DNA of 64,000 nucleotides from Octopus vulgaris (lineage: Eukaryota): positions 27,528,001-27,592,000 of the forward strand of contig OX597824.1 in assembly GCA_951406725.2 (NCBI GenBank), in the 5' to 3' direction. This document shows, piece after piece, positions 25,169 to 39,887 of this stretch. Numbering within the stretch: the stretch's first letter is position 1; each line of letters opens with the position of its first letter. The notes under the pieces are model-generated. The model was not told the origin of the DNA. It ran no database searches and was given only the letters and a program-made list of their open reading frames with translations. A program made the translations under genes and the position numbers.

Positions 25169-26225
25169 CCATCACCATCTTCAATACCCTAATACCACCA
25201 CCACCACCACTTCGACCACGATCACCATGACTACGATCACCACGACGGCGACGACGACCACCACAACCACCACTGTGGCGGTGGTGGTTGATCAATACTG
25301 TCACTATACTCACCATCGCATCATCGTCATCATCATCACAATCACATCATCATCACCACTATCATTATCATCATCATCATCATCATCATTATTGCTGTCG
25401 CCTTCGTCGTTGTCGTCATCATTAAAACCACCAACGTCACCACCGATATTATAATCATCATCATTATCGCCATCATCATTATCAAAAACGTCGCAGCTAC
25501 AATCATTATCATCATCATCATCATCATCATCTTCGACATCACCATCAATATCATTCACAACTCGAGCATTAGTTTCCCGTCACCATCATCACCATTATCA
25601 TCACAATTTCCACCAGCAGAAATCTCTTCACCGCCTTCATCATAGCCACCACCACAACCATTACTAAATGTACCATTATCATCATCATCATTACGAACCA
25701 ATATATTCACCAACTGATACGTTCACCATCAGTTCTACCATCAGCCTCTTCATTTCCATCCCCACAAACACCACTATCCCAGCCACCATCACTATCATCA
25801 GCAGCACAACTACCGTCAACATGAACACCATCAGTACCACCAACATTACAATCACTAACTTCATCATAATCACCACTACCACAACCAGCTTCACCACCAA
25901 CACGATCGTCTATTTCTCCAACACCAACACCACCGTATACTGTAACATAACTATCATCACCTTCACCACTACCACCAGCTCCATCATCGCTTTTTTTTCC
26001 CCGTGCACACCACTACCAATGCAAGACGCACAAGACCTTTTATAGCATCTGCACCGCCGCTATCACTCCACCTCTACGGCAAACTCCAGCACCGTTACCT
26101 CCACTTAAACATGAACAACAATAACAACAACATAACATCAATAATAGCAACAACAACAACAACAACAACAACAACGACGACGGCGACGACAACGATGACA
26201 ACGGCAGCAACAACAACAACTGCAA
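25085..26225. repeat. Degenerate (CAT/CAC/CAA)n low-complexity region
   Basis: Read directly. Confidence 0.9.
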
Positions 26226-26481
26226 AATCAGCAACAGTAAGTGAAACACGACCAATCAAGGCACTAATTGAAAGCATTATTGATACAAACCTTTTAAAAG
26301 TGTGTAGAAGAAAATGCAGGCTCTATCACGCTGGCTCTCTGCATTATCGTAACTTAACTGTCCATTTCACTGTCAAACCACTTATTGGTCGACACTCACA
26401 ACTTTACTGCCCTCTTTATCTCCCCTTTAGTCTCTTGCTCTTTTTATCACTCTCCCTCCCTATCTCTCACCCTCTTCCTGC

Positions 26482-26512
<31 letters not shown>

Positions 26513-26624
26513 TTTTCTTCCTTTCTTTATTTTCTGCTTAATTCTTCTCTTTTTCTCTTTCCCTGTGCGCACACATAGAACTGCGCAAATGTGCAATTAT
26601 ACAGCTGCTACGAATTTAAATATC

Positions 26625-26672
<48 letters not shown>

Positions 26673-26724
26673 CATACACACACACATATATATATGTGTG
26701 TATAAATATATATACACACATATA

Positions 26725-26818
<94 letters not shown>

Positions 26819-26833
26819 CGCATAGATATATTC

Positions 26834-26865
<32 letters not shown>

Positions 26866-27534
26866 TGAGAGAGAAAGCGAAAGAGCTATTCCGATTCTCA
26901 TTCACATTCACGTACACATTTAGATACATAATCTTTATAAAATTACTCACATATATACTCTCACAAACACCCATTCATAAATAGAGGCATATATACACAT
27001 GTGCATACACACCTATTTATATGTGGCACATATATGTATTCGTACACACGTGTACGAATACATATGTGCATATGTATACGTACAAGCATATATACGCCTA
27101 TATGTATATAGATATATATTATATATAGAAGCACACACACACACACGTATATTCGCATGAAGAAATTTAAATGGGAAAGAAGAGAGAAAAGGCTAAGGAG
27201 ATGGAGGAAGAGATGAAGAAGAGGAAAAGACGAGAAGAAGGAAAAAGAAAAGGAAGGAGAAGAAAAGAGGAAGCAAGATAACGATTATTTTAGCGGGTGT
27301 ATTGGATAGAGAGCGGGAAAGAAACAATGGAGAGTAATACAGTGATAGTCGTTTTAAGAAAGCGAATGTGTGTGGTCGTGTGATAATGTATGCATGTGTG
27401 CGCGTGTGTGAGTTTGAGTGAAGAAGTGAGAAGAACAAAAAGTGATAATAAGCATTTTTAGCACTTTAAAAGGCTTGTGTACAAGTATTCTCGCTTAGAC
27501 ACGCGCACAGAAGTATGTATGTATGTATAAATGT

Positions 27535-27992
<458 letters not shown>

Positions 27993-28070
27993 GAATATAT
28001 ATATATATATATATATATACACTCATATGTATACACACACGCACGCATATATACATAAACATATATATAG

Positions 28071-28110
<40 letters not shown>

Positions 28111-28942
28111 TCATGTATACACGCACAAACACACAAGTACACACACATATATATATATATATACATAAATGTACTTAGATATACATACACATGTATATAT
28201 GTATATATACTTACCACATACAAATTGCACATAGCAAACAGACACCGACATGTACATTATCCATTATACAAGAACGCAATAACACTGGAACATAATCACA
28301 CCTATCCACACATGACTCTCCCCAGACACAACGGAATAATCACACATATTCACACATGCCTCTTACACAGGTTCACGCGTGTGTATATTGACAATCTAAA
28401 GATTAGGGGGCTGAGGTGGTGATAGCAGATAGTAGCAAAAATAACACACAAAAAAAAGAAAGAACTCTGTCTCTTAGACGATAATGAGTTGAAATAAGAC
28501 GAGCCAAAATATTACAAGAAAAGCCATCCACTTCCCTTAGGGTTCGGCAAGAACAGCTACGAGAATCTTTTGACTTAAGTGTAATCAATGTCAAATCCAA
28601 TTTTAAAAGCGAAAACAAATGGCAGGATTCTAGAAAATTTGGCGATTTATGTCGAGGTAAAAAATGGCTGTTATATTTAATCTTCGCTCTATTTAATCAT
28701 GCGTAGCCAAAAAAAAAAAGAAGAAAAAAAACACAGAAAGAGGAAAGAAGGAAAAAATGGAGTAAGTTGCTCTCATGGGAGTTGACCTAACGTTACCTTA
28801 TAATTTTTTGACGAGCCATGACTAATCTACTTTTATTAAAAGTGCCCTGGCTATCGAACTAGTTAGCTACATACTAACATGTGTTATTTTTTTCTTCTTG
28901 TTGCTGTTGTTGTTGTAGTCGTCGCTGTTAATATTATTACTG

Positions 28943-29002
<60 letters not shown>

Positions 29003-29194
29003 GTTATTATTATTAAGAGTAGTAGTAGTAGTAGTAGTGGTGGTGGTGGTGGTGGTGGTGTTGGTGGTGGTGTTGCTGGTGGTGTTGCTGCTGTTTTTAA
29101 TGTTTTGCTATAACCATTGCTGTCATTCTTGATGTAATATTAATATCGATTTTATTTTTTTACATGTAATGTCCGTCGCTCTTCTCGCCGAAAT

Positions 29195-29570
<376 letters not shown>

Positions 29571-29676
29571 TTTTATTTTTTTATCATCACCATCATGCTC
29601 ATCACTTACTAAGATGTTCAATGACTGCAAGTAATCGACATTTTGTCATGCGGAGAAGAGAATGGTGCGCATACGC

Positions 29677-29708
<32 letters not shown>

Positions 29709-29946
29709 GCATACATACATACAAACATACATACATGCAAATATTCATACAGGAATACATGCATGGAAACTCATATACACGCTAACCCACATATACATAA
29801 GCTACATATATATATATGTATATATATATATTCTTACATATATATTTATATATATATATATATATAAAAGTATATATATAAGTATATATATATATATATA
29901 TATATGCATATGTATATGTCTATATATATCTATATCTATATTTATA

Positions 29947-29980
<34 letters not shown>

Positions 29981-30774
29981 TACATACATATATGTCTATA
30001 TATGTGTGTATATATATATATACGTACATATATCTATATGGAATCACTTAATGAAACGTGCCTTCAAAGTCCTATAAAAATTCACGATGCATTGACTTGA
30101 TGATGTCTTGTGAGAAATAGAGAAAATAACAGAAAAAAGTCCTGGGAAAAGAAAAAAAATATCAAGAAAAAAAAGCGGGAAAGAAAAATAAAATTCTGTA
30201 AGTTTTAAATGTGTTCAGCGAAATCGCATCTTGCGGTACAGTAAAATGGCTTTCCCCTCGTATGACAGCTATATTACATAATTCTGACAAGAGATCGAGT
30301 GGGCTTTGCTAAAGGAAAAAAACAAAAATGGAAAATATAAAATAAAACGTGAAATATAACGTTATAAAATAAGTAGGAATATAAATAGATATAAATAAAT
30401 ATAGAAAGAATATAAATAGAGAAGTAATAATAATATGGCCGCCGACATCACTATCAACGTGAGAAAGAGTATAGTTATCGTATGTAACATCAGTGGCTAC
30501 AACAACACTTACAGCGACATTAGCAGAAGGGGAAGCAGAGAAAGAAAAACAACTATCAAAAAAAAAAAAAAAAGGATATTTATTTGCCACAGGGTTAGCG
30601 TACAGGCGAATATTCGTATAATATATGTATGTTTCTTTTCTGCTACTGTGCACCGCAGAACGTTGTTACAATAATAGATGTTGCGCCCCATATGAACAAT
30701 ATACACACACACAAGAAAATATACAGAGGTCGTGCCCCAGCATGGTCGCGGCCTTCGGGCTAAAACATTTTAAA

Positions 30775-30813
<39 letters not shown>

Positions 30814-30815
30814 TA

Positions 30816-30847
<32 letters not shown>

Positions 30848-30954
30848 AGTACATATATATATATATATATATGCATACATATATATATATGTATATATAT
30901 CTATATATATATATGCATACATATATATATATGTATATATATATATATGCATAC

Positions 30955-31007
<53 letters not shown>

Positions 31008-31009
31008 TA

Positions 31010-31054
<45 letters not shown>

Positions 31055-31894
31055 GTATATATGTATATATATATATACACACACGCACATGCACGCACAT
31101 GCACGCACATGCACGCACATGCACGCACACACACACACACTCTGTCACATACACACAGTGATTTACTTCGTTCGTTTCTTTATCGTAGCAACATACACCC
31201 TATTGGATTCCGTTAACGAAATTTTTGACCTGTTCTCGTGGCTCTATAAATTACAGCTTCCACTTAGTCATGCATACGTTTCTGAAGATATACCACGTTG
31301 GATATTTGTATGTTTATTGTAGTCATGAAGTCATGTAAAGCACTCAACAGCATGCCGTGCTGAATCCTTAATGAAAGTTAGTCAATCTGTCTGCAATCTG
31401 TCTGCAGTTCAGCGCTGGTTACTTTCTCTTTCCATAGTTTTAAGGATGACATACAAATCCATTACCAGGAACAAGTTCGGTGAAGGAAAAACGCGTCCAT
31501 GATGAGAGGGGTGGGGGGTATTTTGATTCGCCTGCAGTTAGTTTAGGCACACGTAGATTAACCTCTACCCGCTTGAATTTCGACCTTCAGATCTACCTGC
31601 TCCCAGAAATCAACCTTCGATAGACATGGATATCAACACCTCAAAATAACTAAGCGACATTACGACATTTACGACGGGCAACATGAATATGTAAATCTTC
31701 AAGTATATAGTATTATATTGAGTATGGAGAATTCCAAATGGAACGAATCTGCTGCATCTTCTCGCTTCAACGTCAGCATGGGTACTAGGGATACAATCGG
31801 ACATATTGACCTTTTGGAATTATTTTTAACTGTGGAGTCTTTGGAATATAAAATAATACGCTTTGTCGTCGAACTCGTTGGATACGTTTTTGCT

Positions 31895-31949
<55 letters not shown>

Positions 31950-31989
31950 TAGATAAATAGATAGAGAAAGGAGCAGGGGCGACTTAATA

Positions 31990-32209
31990 GGTGCAGGCAT
32001 GGCTTAATAGGCGTGTGATAAGTAGCTTGTTTACTAACCACATGGTCACAGGTTCAGTCCCACTGCGTGGCACATTGGGAATATGTAAACTATTATAACC
32101 TCGGGCCGACGAAAGCCTTGTGAGCGGATTTGGTAGACAGAAACTGAAAGCCTGTTGTGTATATAAATATATATATATATATATATACACAACAGGCTTT
32201 CAGTTTCTG

Positions 32210-32299
<90 letters not shown>

Positions 32300-32490
32300 T
32301 TTTTTTGTCCCTCGTGTTTGACGACCGATGTAAGTGTGTTTACGTCCCCGTAACTTAGCGGTACGGCAAGAGACCGATAGAATAAGTACTAGGGTTATAA
32401 AGAATAATTCCTGGTGGGTCGATTTGCTCGACTAAAGGCGGTGCTCCAGCATGGCCTCAGTCATATGAGTGAAACAAGTTAATGAGTAAA
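31990..32490 (+). mobile_element. SINE family B, full length with expanded internal microsatellite
   Basis: Head ..ggttcagtcccactgcgtggc.., tail ggcggtgctccagcatggcc..gaaacaag. Confidence 0.9.
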
Positions 32491-32562
32491 AGGTTATACA
32501 TACATATATATATACATACATATATATGGTTCGGTTCATATATATATATATATATACCTGTC

Positions 32563-32601
<39 letters not shown>

Positions 32602-32700
32602 ACTGGTGTGTTTACGTCCCCGTCACTTAGCGGTTCGGCAAAAGAGACCGATATATATATATAGTCCCGGGGTCGATATATATAGTCAAATGACTATGTA

Positions 32701-32770
<70 letters not shown>

Positions 32771-32776
32771 CATATG

Positions 32777-32807
<31 letters not shown>

Positions 32808-33337
32808 GTATTTAGAGATAGAACCGAAATTTAGAACTGAAACAGTAAGTATTAAAATAAATTCTATGATACGGTGTGATGTATATTAGGCTTTGATGAA
32901 TTGCATGGGGACTTCTATCTCTAAATATTTTCTTATTGAGAATGATTCAATTCAATCGAATCCCTGTGACGCCGGAATTTTTATTCTCTAATTAATATAT
33001 AAATAAAATAATATATATAACTTTGACAATTTATGAGATCTTGGCATCTGGATAAATAAATGTATTCCATTTCTGGTCCTTGTACCAATGAAAATAATTT
33101 CTTAGAAAATGTATCCCTGCCAGAATTCAGAAAATACAATGAGCATGCGTTGTTGTTATTTCCGTTATTTTGTGATTATTGTTGTGGTAGTTGTTGTTTA
33201 GGTCTCACTCAGCTACACTCAATAACGATATAACTATTGAATGATATCTTAGCTTCTTAGACATATTTCATTGAAAAGTATATTACGCAGTGCCTGTTTG
33301 TTTGTTTTTTAGTGGAAGTCTATTGTCATACATTGTT

Positions 33338-33530
33338 TACATTATTTACATTTGACGGATATTTGTCCTCATCTTCTTTGTTGTAACCCCAACGTTTCGG
33401 CTGATATACCCTCCAGCCTTCATCAGGTGTATCAGCCGAAAATTTGGGTTAACAACAAACAAGATGAGGACAAATATCCGTCAGATGTAAATAATGTACG
33501 TAATTCCTCATCTCTTAAATATAGAACTAT
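33338..33530. mobile_element. Short fold-back element containing a minimal hammerhead (PLE-associated)
   Basis: Arms 33338-33406 and 33430-33498 are reverse complements; minus strand 33430-33386 reads acac-CTGATGA-a ggctg gagggtatat cagcc-GAAA-C GTT-gggg (3' side of stem I decayed). Confidence 0.75.
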
Positions 33531-33699
33531 ATGATCTATTGTTATAGTGAGGGAGTTTTGGCTGCTGACTCTATCTTAGAAAACTATAAAGATATCTTAG
33601 CTTCTTAGACATATTTCATTGAAACACTCCACGTGCCTGTGTGTGTGTATATGTGTGTGTATGTATGTGTGTGAGTGTGTTTTTTTGTATAGTGGAAGC

Positions 33700-33983
33700 A
33701 GGGGCGATCTGGCAAAAGGCGGCGATCTGGCAAAAGGCGGCGATCTGGCAAAAGGCGGCGATCTGGCAGAAACGTTAGCACAACGGGCGAAATGCGTAAC
33801 CGTATTTCGTCTGTCGTTACGTTCTGAGTTCAAATCCGCCAAGGTCGACTTTGCCTTTCATCCTTTCGGGGTCGATAAATAAAGTACCAGTTTCCCACTG
33901 GGGTCGATGTAATCGACTTAATCCCTTTGTCTGTCCTTGTTTGATCCCTCTGTGTTTAGCCCCTTGTGGGCAGTAAAGAAATA
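33700..33983 (+). mobile_element. SINE family A, full length, 5' 18-mer amplified
   Basis: Closely matches 57049-57283; starts with four tandem ggcggcgatctggca(a/g)aa units. Confidence 0.92.
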
Positions 33984-34407
33984 CATTTTAACGCGTGTTT
34001 AACACTTGTGCGAAGAAACAGTGGTATGCATGTCACTGTGTCCGGGCGAACTGATATGCATAAACATTAATAGATCGGTTACACATACGCATGCGCGTAT
34101 ACACACACACGCGCACACACATACACACACACACATACACACGCACACGCACATTGCGACATGTTCAATCAATCTTGTCAAAACTTGTTATTTAAACTAC
34201 TATTTGATGTGCATCTTCCATTTTAACCTTATTTGAATATTAAATTATTCCTGATTGTTTGCATAATTGGATCATCATCGCCATCCTCATCATCATTATT
34301 ATCCTTATCAGCAGCAGCAGCATCAGCATCACCAGCTGCAGCAGCAGCAGCAGCAGCACAAGCAGTGGTGGTATCAACATCGACTGCATCATCTTTATAA
34401 ACATCAA

Positions 34408-34448
<41 letters not shown>

Positions 34449-34460
34449 ATCATCATCATC

Positions 34461-34491
<31 letters not shown>

Positions 34492-34504
34492 CCATCATCA
34501 TCAC

Positions 34505-34536
<32 letters not shown>

Positions 34537-34881
34537 CACCCACCACCACCACCACCACCACCACCACCACCACCACCACCACCCAACCACTATGACGAAG
34601 CTGTCAGCTACTTCTGAAACGATTTACATTTTATATCAAAATCTAGTTGTTCTGTTTTCTTACAAGTGGTTCTAATCATGTTTTCTATATGAGAACACAT
34701 TAATATATATTTATAGAACTATTTCACGCTCACAGACAACACAAGCATAAAAAAGTGATTTACCAGACACTGTAGATGAGACAGAAACGAACTAATCTAT
34801 TCTGAAAACCTGCTACTAACTGAAGCGTCCCTGTCCATCGTACTCTTATGCTCTTTGTCTCTTCGCCTCTCCACTAAGTTC

Positions 34882-35276
34882 GGATCTTTTCGGTTTGAAC
34901 GGCAGTTTTTAGGTAATTCTAGGTAACTGAAAAATTTTAAACTTCGTATACTGGTAGAATGTGTTTATAAAACATCTTTTTCTATAGTTTGTAAGATATT
35001 TGTTGTTTTTTTCTTCAATTTCTGCAATTTCAACCAATCACTGACGTCTATTGAGGTAAAAACCATTCTGTGCCATATGAATATGTCCCTCGTTTAAGAA
35101 ACAGATTGGATTTATTTACATTTGTGAAGAAAAAAAGTTACCCTCCCCCCACCGTAACCCTAACCCTAACCCCAAAACACATTGAAATGCAATAGATCGA
35201 TACTAGGGTCATAATTATGGGTGACAATTTCATATGACACCGCTAGAAAAAACTGCCGTTCAAACCGAAAAGATCC
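34882..35276. mobile_element. Non-autonomous TIR DNA transposon (MITE), 395 bp, 8-bp TSD
   Basis: Perfect 29-bp TIRs ggatcttttcggtttgaacggcagttttt (34882-34910 and 35248-35276); TSD ctaagttc at 34874-34881 and 35277-35284. An 8-bp TSD with GG termini fits Merlin; hAT or P not excluded. Confidence 0.92.
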
Positions 35277-35627
35277 CTAAGTTCTACAAAGATAGTTACT
35301 GGCTTAAAGAGGAACCCGCATCGAGTCGACTCTGTTGCAGTCAAGTTTGCATGCCTCTAGTTCATTTTAAAAAATTCCGTTCTAAAAGCTCTGCGTTTTA
35401 TTTGTCGTTGTCAGAAAGTGTAACCATTTGAAAAAGAATCCCAGTCCACGATTTATTGCGTTACCATCCACGCGAAGTTCCAACCGAGTATAAATGCAGA
35501 AGATCTCGTATGTCTGTCAGGTTTGCAAAATGAACGGTATTTGGCTTTTATCTTCCGGCTAAAAATATTTAGCAGACAGCGTAACAGTAACAATTATTCT
35601 TATTACATACATTTATTTTCTTCTGTA

Positions 35628-35945
35628 AAGGCACGTGGCCGAGTGGTTAGGGGTATTCAGCTCACGATCCAGAGGTCATGTGTTCGATTCCCGGCGGTGC
35701 GTTGTGTCCTTAAACGAGACCCTTTATTTCGCATTGATCCAGTTCACTCAGCTGGCGAAAAGGGCTGTTTATGTAACTTAAAGCGCCAGCCTTGCCATGT
35801 TCTGTGTCACGCTGAATGTCCCTAAAATCTATACAATGGATAAGCTTGTTTGTGGATTACTCAGCCTCTTAAAGGTTAATTTCACAAGCAGGCTGTTCCG
35901 TTGTTTGGATCAATTGGAATCTTCGTCGTCGTAACTGACGGAGAT
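35628..35945 (+). mobile_element. Older SINE: tRNA head, CORE-like body and family C tail
   Basis: A box tggccgagtgg, B box gttcgattccc, tail cttcgtcgtcgtaactgacggag. Confidence 0.8.
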
Positions 35946-36035
35946 CCTCTTTTTTGTTTAGTTTTATTTTTCCTCTATAATGAATTGCAAAGTTATTTTT
36001 ACGTTCCTATTGTTAATTTTTCTGGAAAATATTCT

Positions 36036-36254
36036 TTTACTCTTTTACTCTTTTACTTGTTTCAGGCATTTGACTGTGACCATGCTGGAGCACCGCCTTT
36101 AGTCGAGCAAATCCACCCCAGGACTTATTTTTTGTAAGCCTAAAACTTATTCTATCGGTCCTTTTTGCCGAACCGCTAGAAAACGGGGACGTAAACACAT
36201 CAGCATCGGTTGTCAAGTGATGTTGGGGAGGGGGACAAACACAGACGTACATAG

Positions 36255-36290
<36 letters not shown>

Positions 36291-36723
36291 GGGTAAAGAC
36301 CCCCTTCGGTCATGAATGACCATGGGATTGCACCTAGAAAGTTACCCTCCTAGATACAAGTCCGGGCAAGGTTGTTTATGAAAGGCCAGCAGTCGCCCAT
36401 GCATACCAGCCTCCCCTCTCCACGCCACCAGTGTTATCCAAGGGAAAGACAAAGGTCGATACAGCTTGGCACCTGTGACGTCGCAACTCATTTCTACAGC
36501 TGAGTGATCTGGAGCAACGTGAAATAAAGTGCCTTGCTCGAGAACACAACACGCAGCCCGGTCCGGGATTCGAGCTCACAACCTCACGATCATAAACTCG
36601 ACGCTCTAACCACTGAGCCATGCGCCTTCATATATATATATATATATATATACGACAGGCGTCTTTCAGTTTCCGTCTACCAAATCCACTCACAAGGCTT
36701 TGGTCGGCCCGAGGCTATAGTAG
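36036..36723 (-). mobile_element. SINE family B (5'-truncated), interrupted by family E
   Basis: 3' half at 36036-36250 and 5' half at 36650-36723 flank a nested SINE in the internal TA tract. Confidence 0.85.
36288..36629 (-). mobile_element. tRNA-derived SINE family E, nested in (TA)n
   Basis: Minus-strand A box tggctcagtgg and B box gctcgaatccc, CORE-like ttgtgttctcgagcaaggcactt; TA tracts on both sides. Confidence 0.85.
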
Positions 36724-38155
36724 CTTCAAATGACGTGTGACGATGGATTCTCGATGTTATTTTTTGGCATGCGAGATATAGCAGTCGAATCTGTCTAATA
36801 TCATACGCATCGCCTTTAGAAAGGGAAGAACACATTATAGACTTTAGCTTTAGATATTGGGGCGGTGATTATGCTAATGAGAAACACTAGCACGTTTTTT
36901 TATTTCACATCTGATGTTTTTTTATGCATTCGTTAAATCTTTAATCAATTAACAAGACAATTGTTTGATCAAGCGCTTGGTCAATCAAAAACCTTTCATC
37001 GCGATTTGCAAAGAGGGTAGGTCGTTGATGAGGTCGCAAATTTACAGAGAAAGGATTTTGATATACCTAGCAAATTTATTGAATTACAGAACGATTTTTC
37101 AAATATTCGATTAGTTAATTGGTTCAATCAATGGTTAACCTATTGACAAATAAAAAAAAAATAAATAAGTGAAATAGAAACCGTGTGTGTGAGTGATTAT
37201 TACTGGCAGAAAGACCCTTCCAATACACAATAAAATTTTTATACAGGCAGCATCATAACACTGAAGAAAACGGGGAGTTGTAGAAAGCCAAAATTTAGAC
37301 ACACGGAGAGCATCTGGCTGCTGGTCGTTTGGCTGCGCGAGACTGATGTTTTCCGTTTAATACTAACATGAAGGCTTATATATACTGCTATCACGCGATA
37401 AAAACGTATAAAGATTTTGGTAGTAAAAACGGAGTAAAAATATTCAATTATTTTATACACGAAGAAAAGATCTTGAAACTTATGAATTGTAGAGGCTGCA
37501 GTGTTGATTGAATGACTCACAATATATTACTGGTATATTTTTATCCCTCGGTTTCGTTTTCACCATTAACTCTAAGTACCATGGTATAAATTAGCGGAGA
37601 AGAACAAGTAAAAAGGAAAAGACTAAACCGACATGGACATCAGTGAATGCGAGAGTGTATGAGTTTATAGGAAGTAAGAATGGCAGAAAGTAAGGGGCAG
37701 AAATTAGAGCTAACACGGAGAACGAGAGAGAGAGGGGGAGGGAAAGAGGAAGAGAGAGATTGAGAAAGAGAAAGAGTGAGAAAGCCTTGAGAGAAGTCGT
37801 GAAATATAGAAAGAAGGTAAAAAATTCCATCAGATTGAATGTTTTTGCAGCGCTACTTAAATCTAAATGTATCACATCGTACATGCGTTGTGGCATGGGA
37901 ATTCAATTGGATGGCGATGGTGATGGTGATGGTGATGGTAGTGGTAGTACAGGTTGTGGTGGTGGTGGGGATGTTGTGGCGGCGATGGCAATAGTTGTAG
38001 CTGCTCTGGGGATTGTGTAAGGTAGGCGATGTTTGTGGATGTGCAAAAATGGTAAACTCTAAGATTTGAAAGGAAATGAAAGGGAGAAAACGGTGATATC
38101 ATTATATGTAGATGTACATGTATATGTATGCATGTATGTATGTATGTATACGTAA

Positions 38156-38199
<44 letters not shown>

Positions 38200-38200
38200 T

Positions 38201-38231
<31 letters not shown>

Positions 38232-39270
38232 CATGTAAATATATACATATACATACATCCGTACATACATACGATTATATATATAAATATATGCGTATAT
38301 ATGCATGTATATATATGTATATACATATGTATGCACATACATATGTAAAGTTATATACATATACATACATATTATATATATATATATATATATTGGTGTT
38401 TATAGATATGTATGTGTGTGTATGTATATACATATATAGATATAGATATAGATATATATATGTGTGTGTAGTGTGTGTGTGAGAGAGTTTGTGTGTGTAT
38501 TAGCGTATATCTCTGTATCTCTGTATTTGTATGTGTATGTATCTATAAATTTCATATGTATGTGTGAAAGCATGTGTATAACTATGTATGTATGTACACA
38601 CACACACACACATATATATATATATGCATATAGACGTATACTGCATGCTTATACGTGTGGAGATGTATGTATACTCATATACACACGCATGCATGCGGGA
38701 ATGCACACACCCACACAAACCAAAGCTTACAACACATCCAAGCACACACACATACATACATACATACATACATACAGACAGACACGCACACACAAATATA
38801 AATGCGCGCGTACACAATCGTACACACACTTATACAAATGATCGAAAGAGAGGCTAAGTAAAAGACTTACACGGAAAAGAGGAAAAATTCAAAGGAAATA
38901 AAGAACGAGGAAAAAGATAGAAAAAAAAAACAATAAAAAACTGCTGAAAACAGTGGTTGTCGTGAGAGATTACAGAATAAAACCTGTTTCTCTTAAGACA
39001 GCCAGATATTTTCATAAACAACCATCTGACAGGCTCAGAAAAGGTTCATTTTAGCAAATAACTGAACGTGTGAGAAATGGCTGCGATAACTAAACGCCAT
39101 TATGGCTTCACTTCGTCTTCGTAGTTGTATCTGGAAGTGTTTGTGTGAGAGTGTGTGTACGTGTGTGTGTGTGTGTGTGTAAGAGGGAAAGTGAGTGTTT
39201 ATCAATGTGTGCTTGTGCATTTTTGTTTTTCGTTCTCACGAATGTATTTTAGCTGATGTGTATGCATTTT

Positions 39271-39314
<44 letters not shown>

Positions 39315-39739
39315 TATGTATATATGTATGTATATATGCATGCATATGTATTTATATATATCTGTGTATCTATCTATACATATATATATGTGCGTGTTTG
39401 TGTGTGTGTGTATGAATATATCTGTGTATATATCTATATACATATGTATATATATGTATCTATATAAGTGTATGTATCTATCTATATATATATATGTGTG
39501 TTTTTCGTGATTGTAAAAGGGTATATAATGTATATATAAGCATATATATATATATGTATATACGTAAATATATTCATGTATGCCTCTGTGCTGGTGTGTG
39601 TGCATACATATATATATATATATATATATACATATATAATCATACATATATACTCATATATATGCATATATATATATACATTTATCTGTAGGCATGTATA
39701 TAAATATAAACACGCACATACATACATATATACACACAC

Positions 39740-39792
<53 letters not shown>

Positions 39793-39832
39793 CATATATA
39801 TATATATACATATATATATACATACACATATT

Positions 39833-39887
<55 letters not shown>

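Noticed and set aside
33700-33771. CRISPR-like short direct repeats
   Set aside because: No spacers, eukaryotic context, no cas genes; this is a SINE head amplification.
37258-37295. CTGAAGA...GAAA hammerhead-like spacing
   Set aside because: No convincing stems I-III or NUH site.
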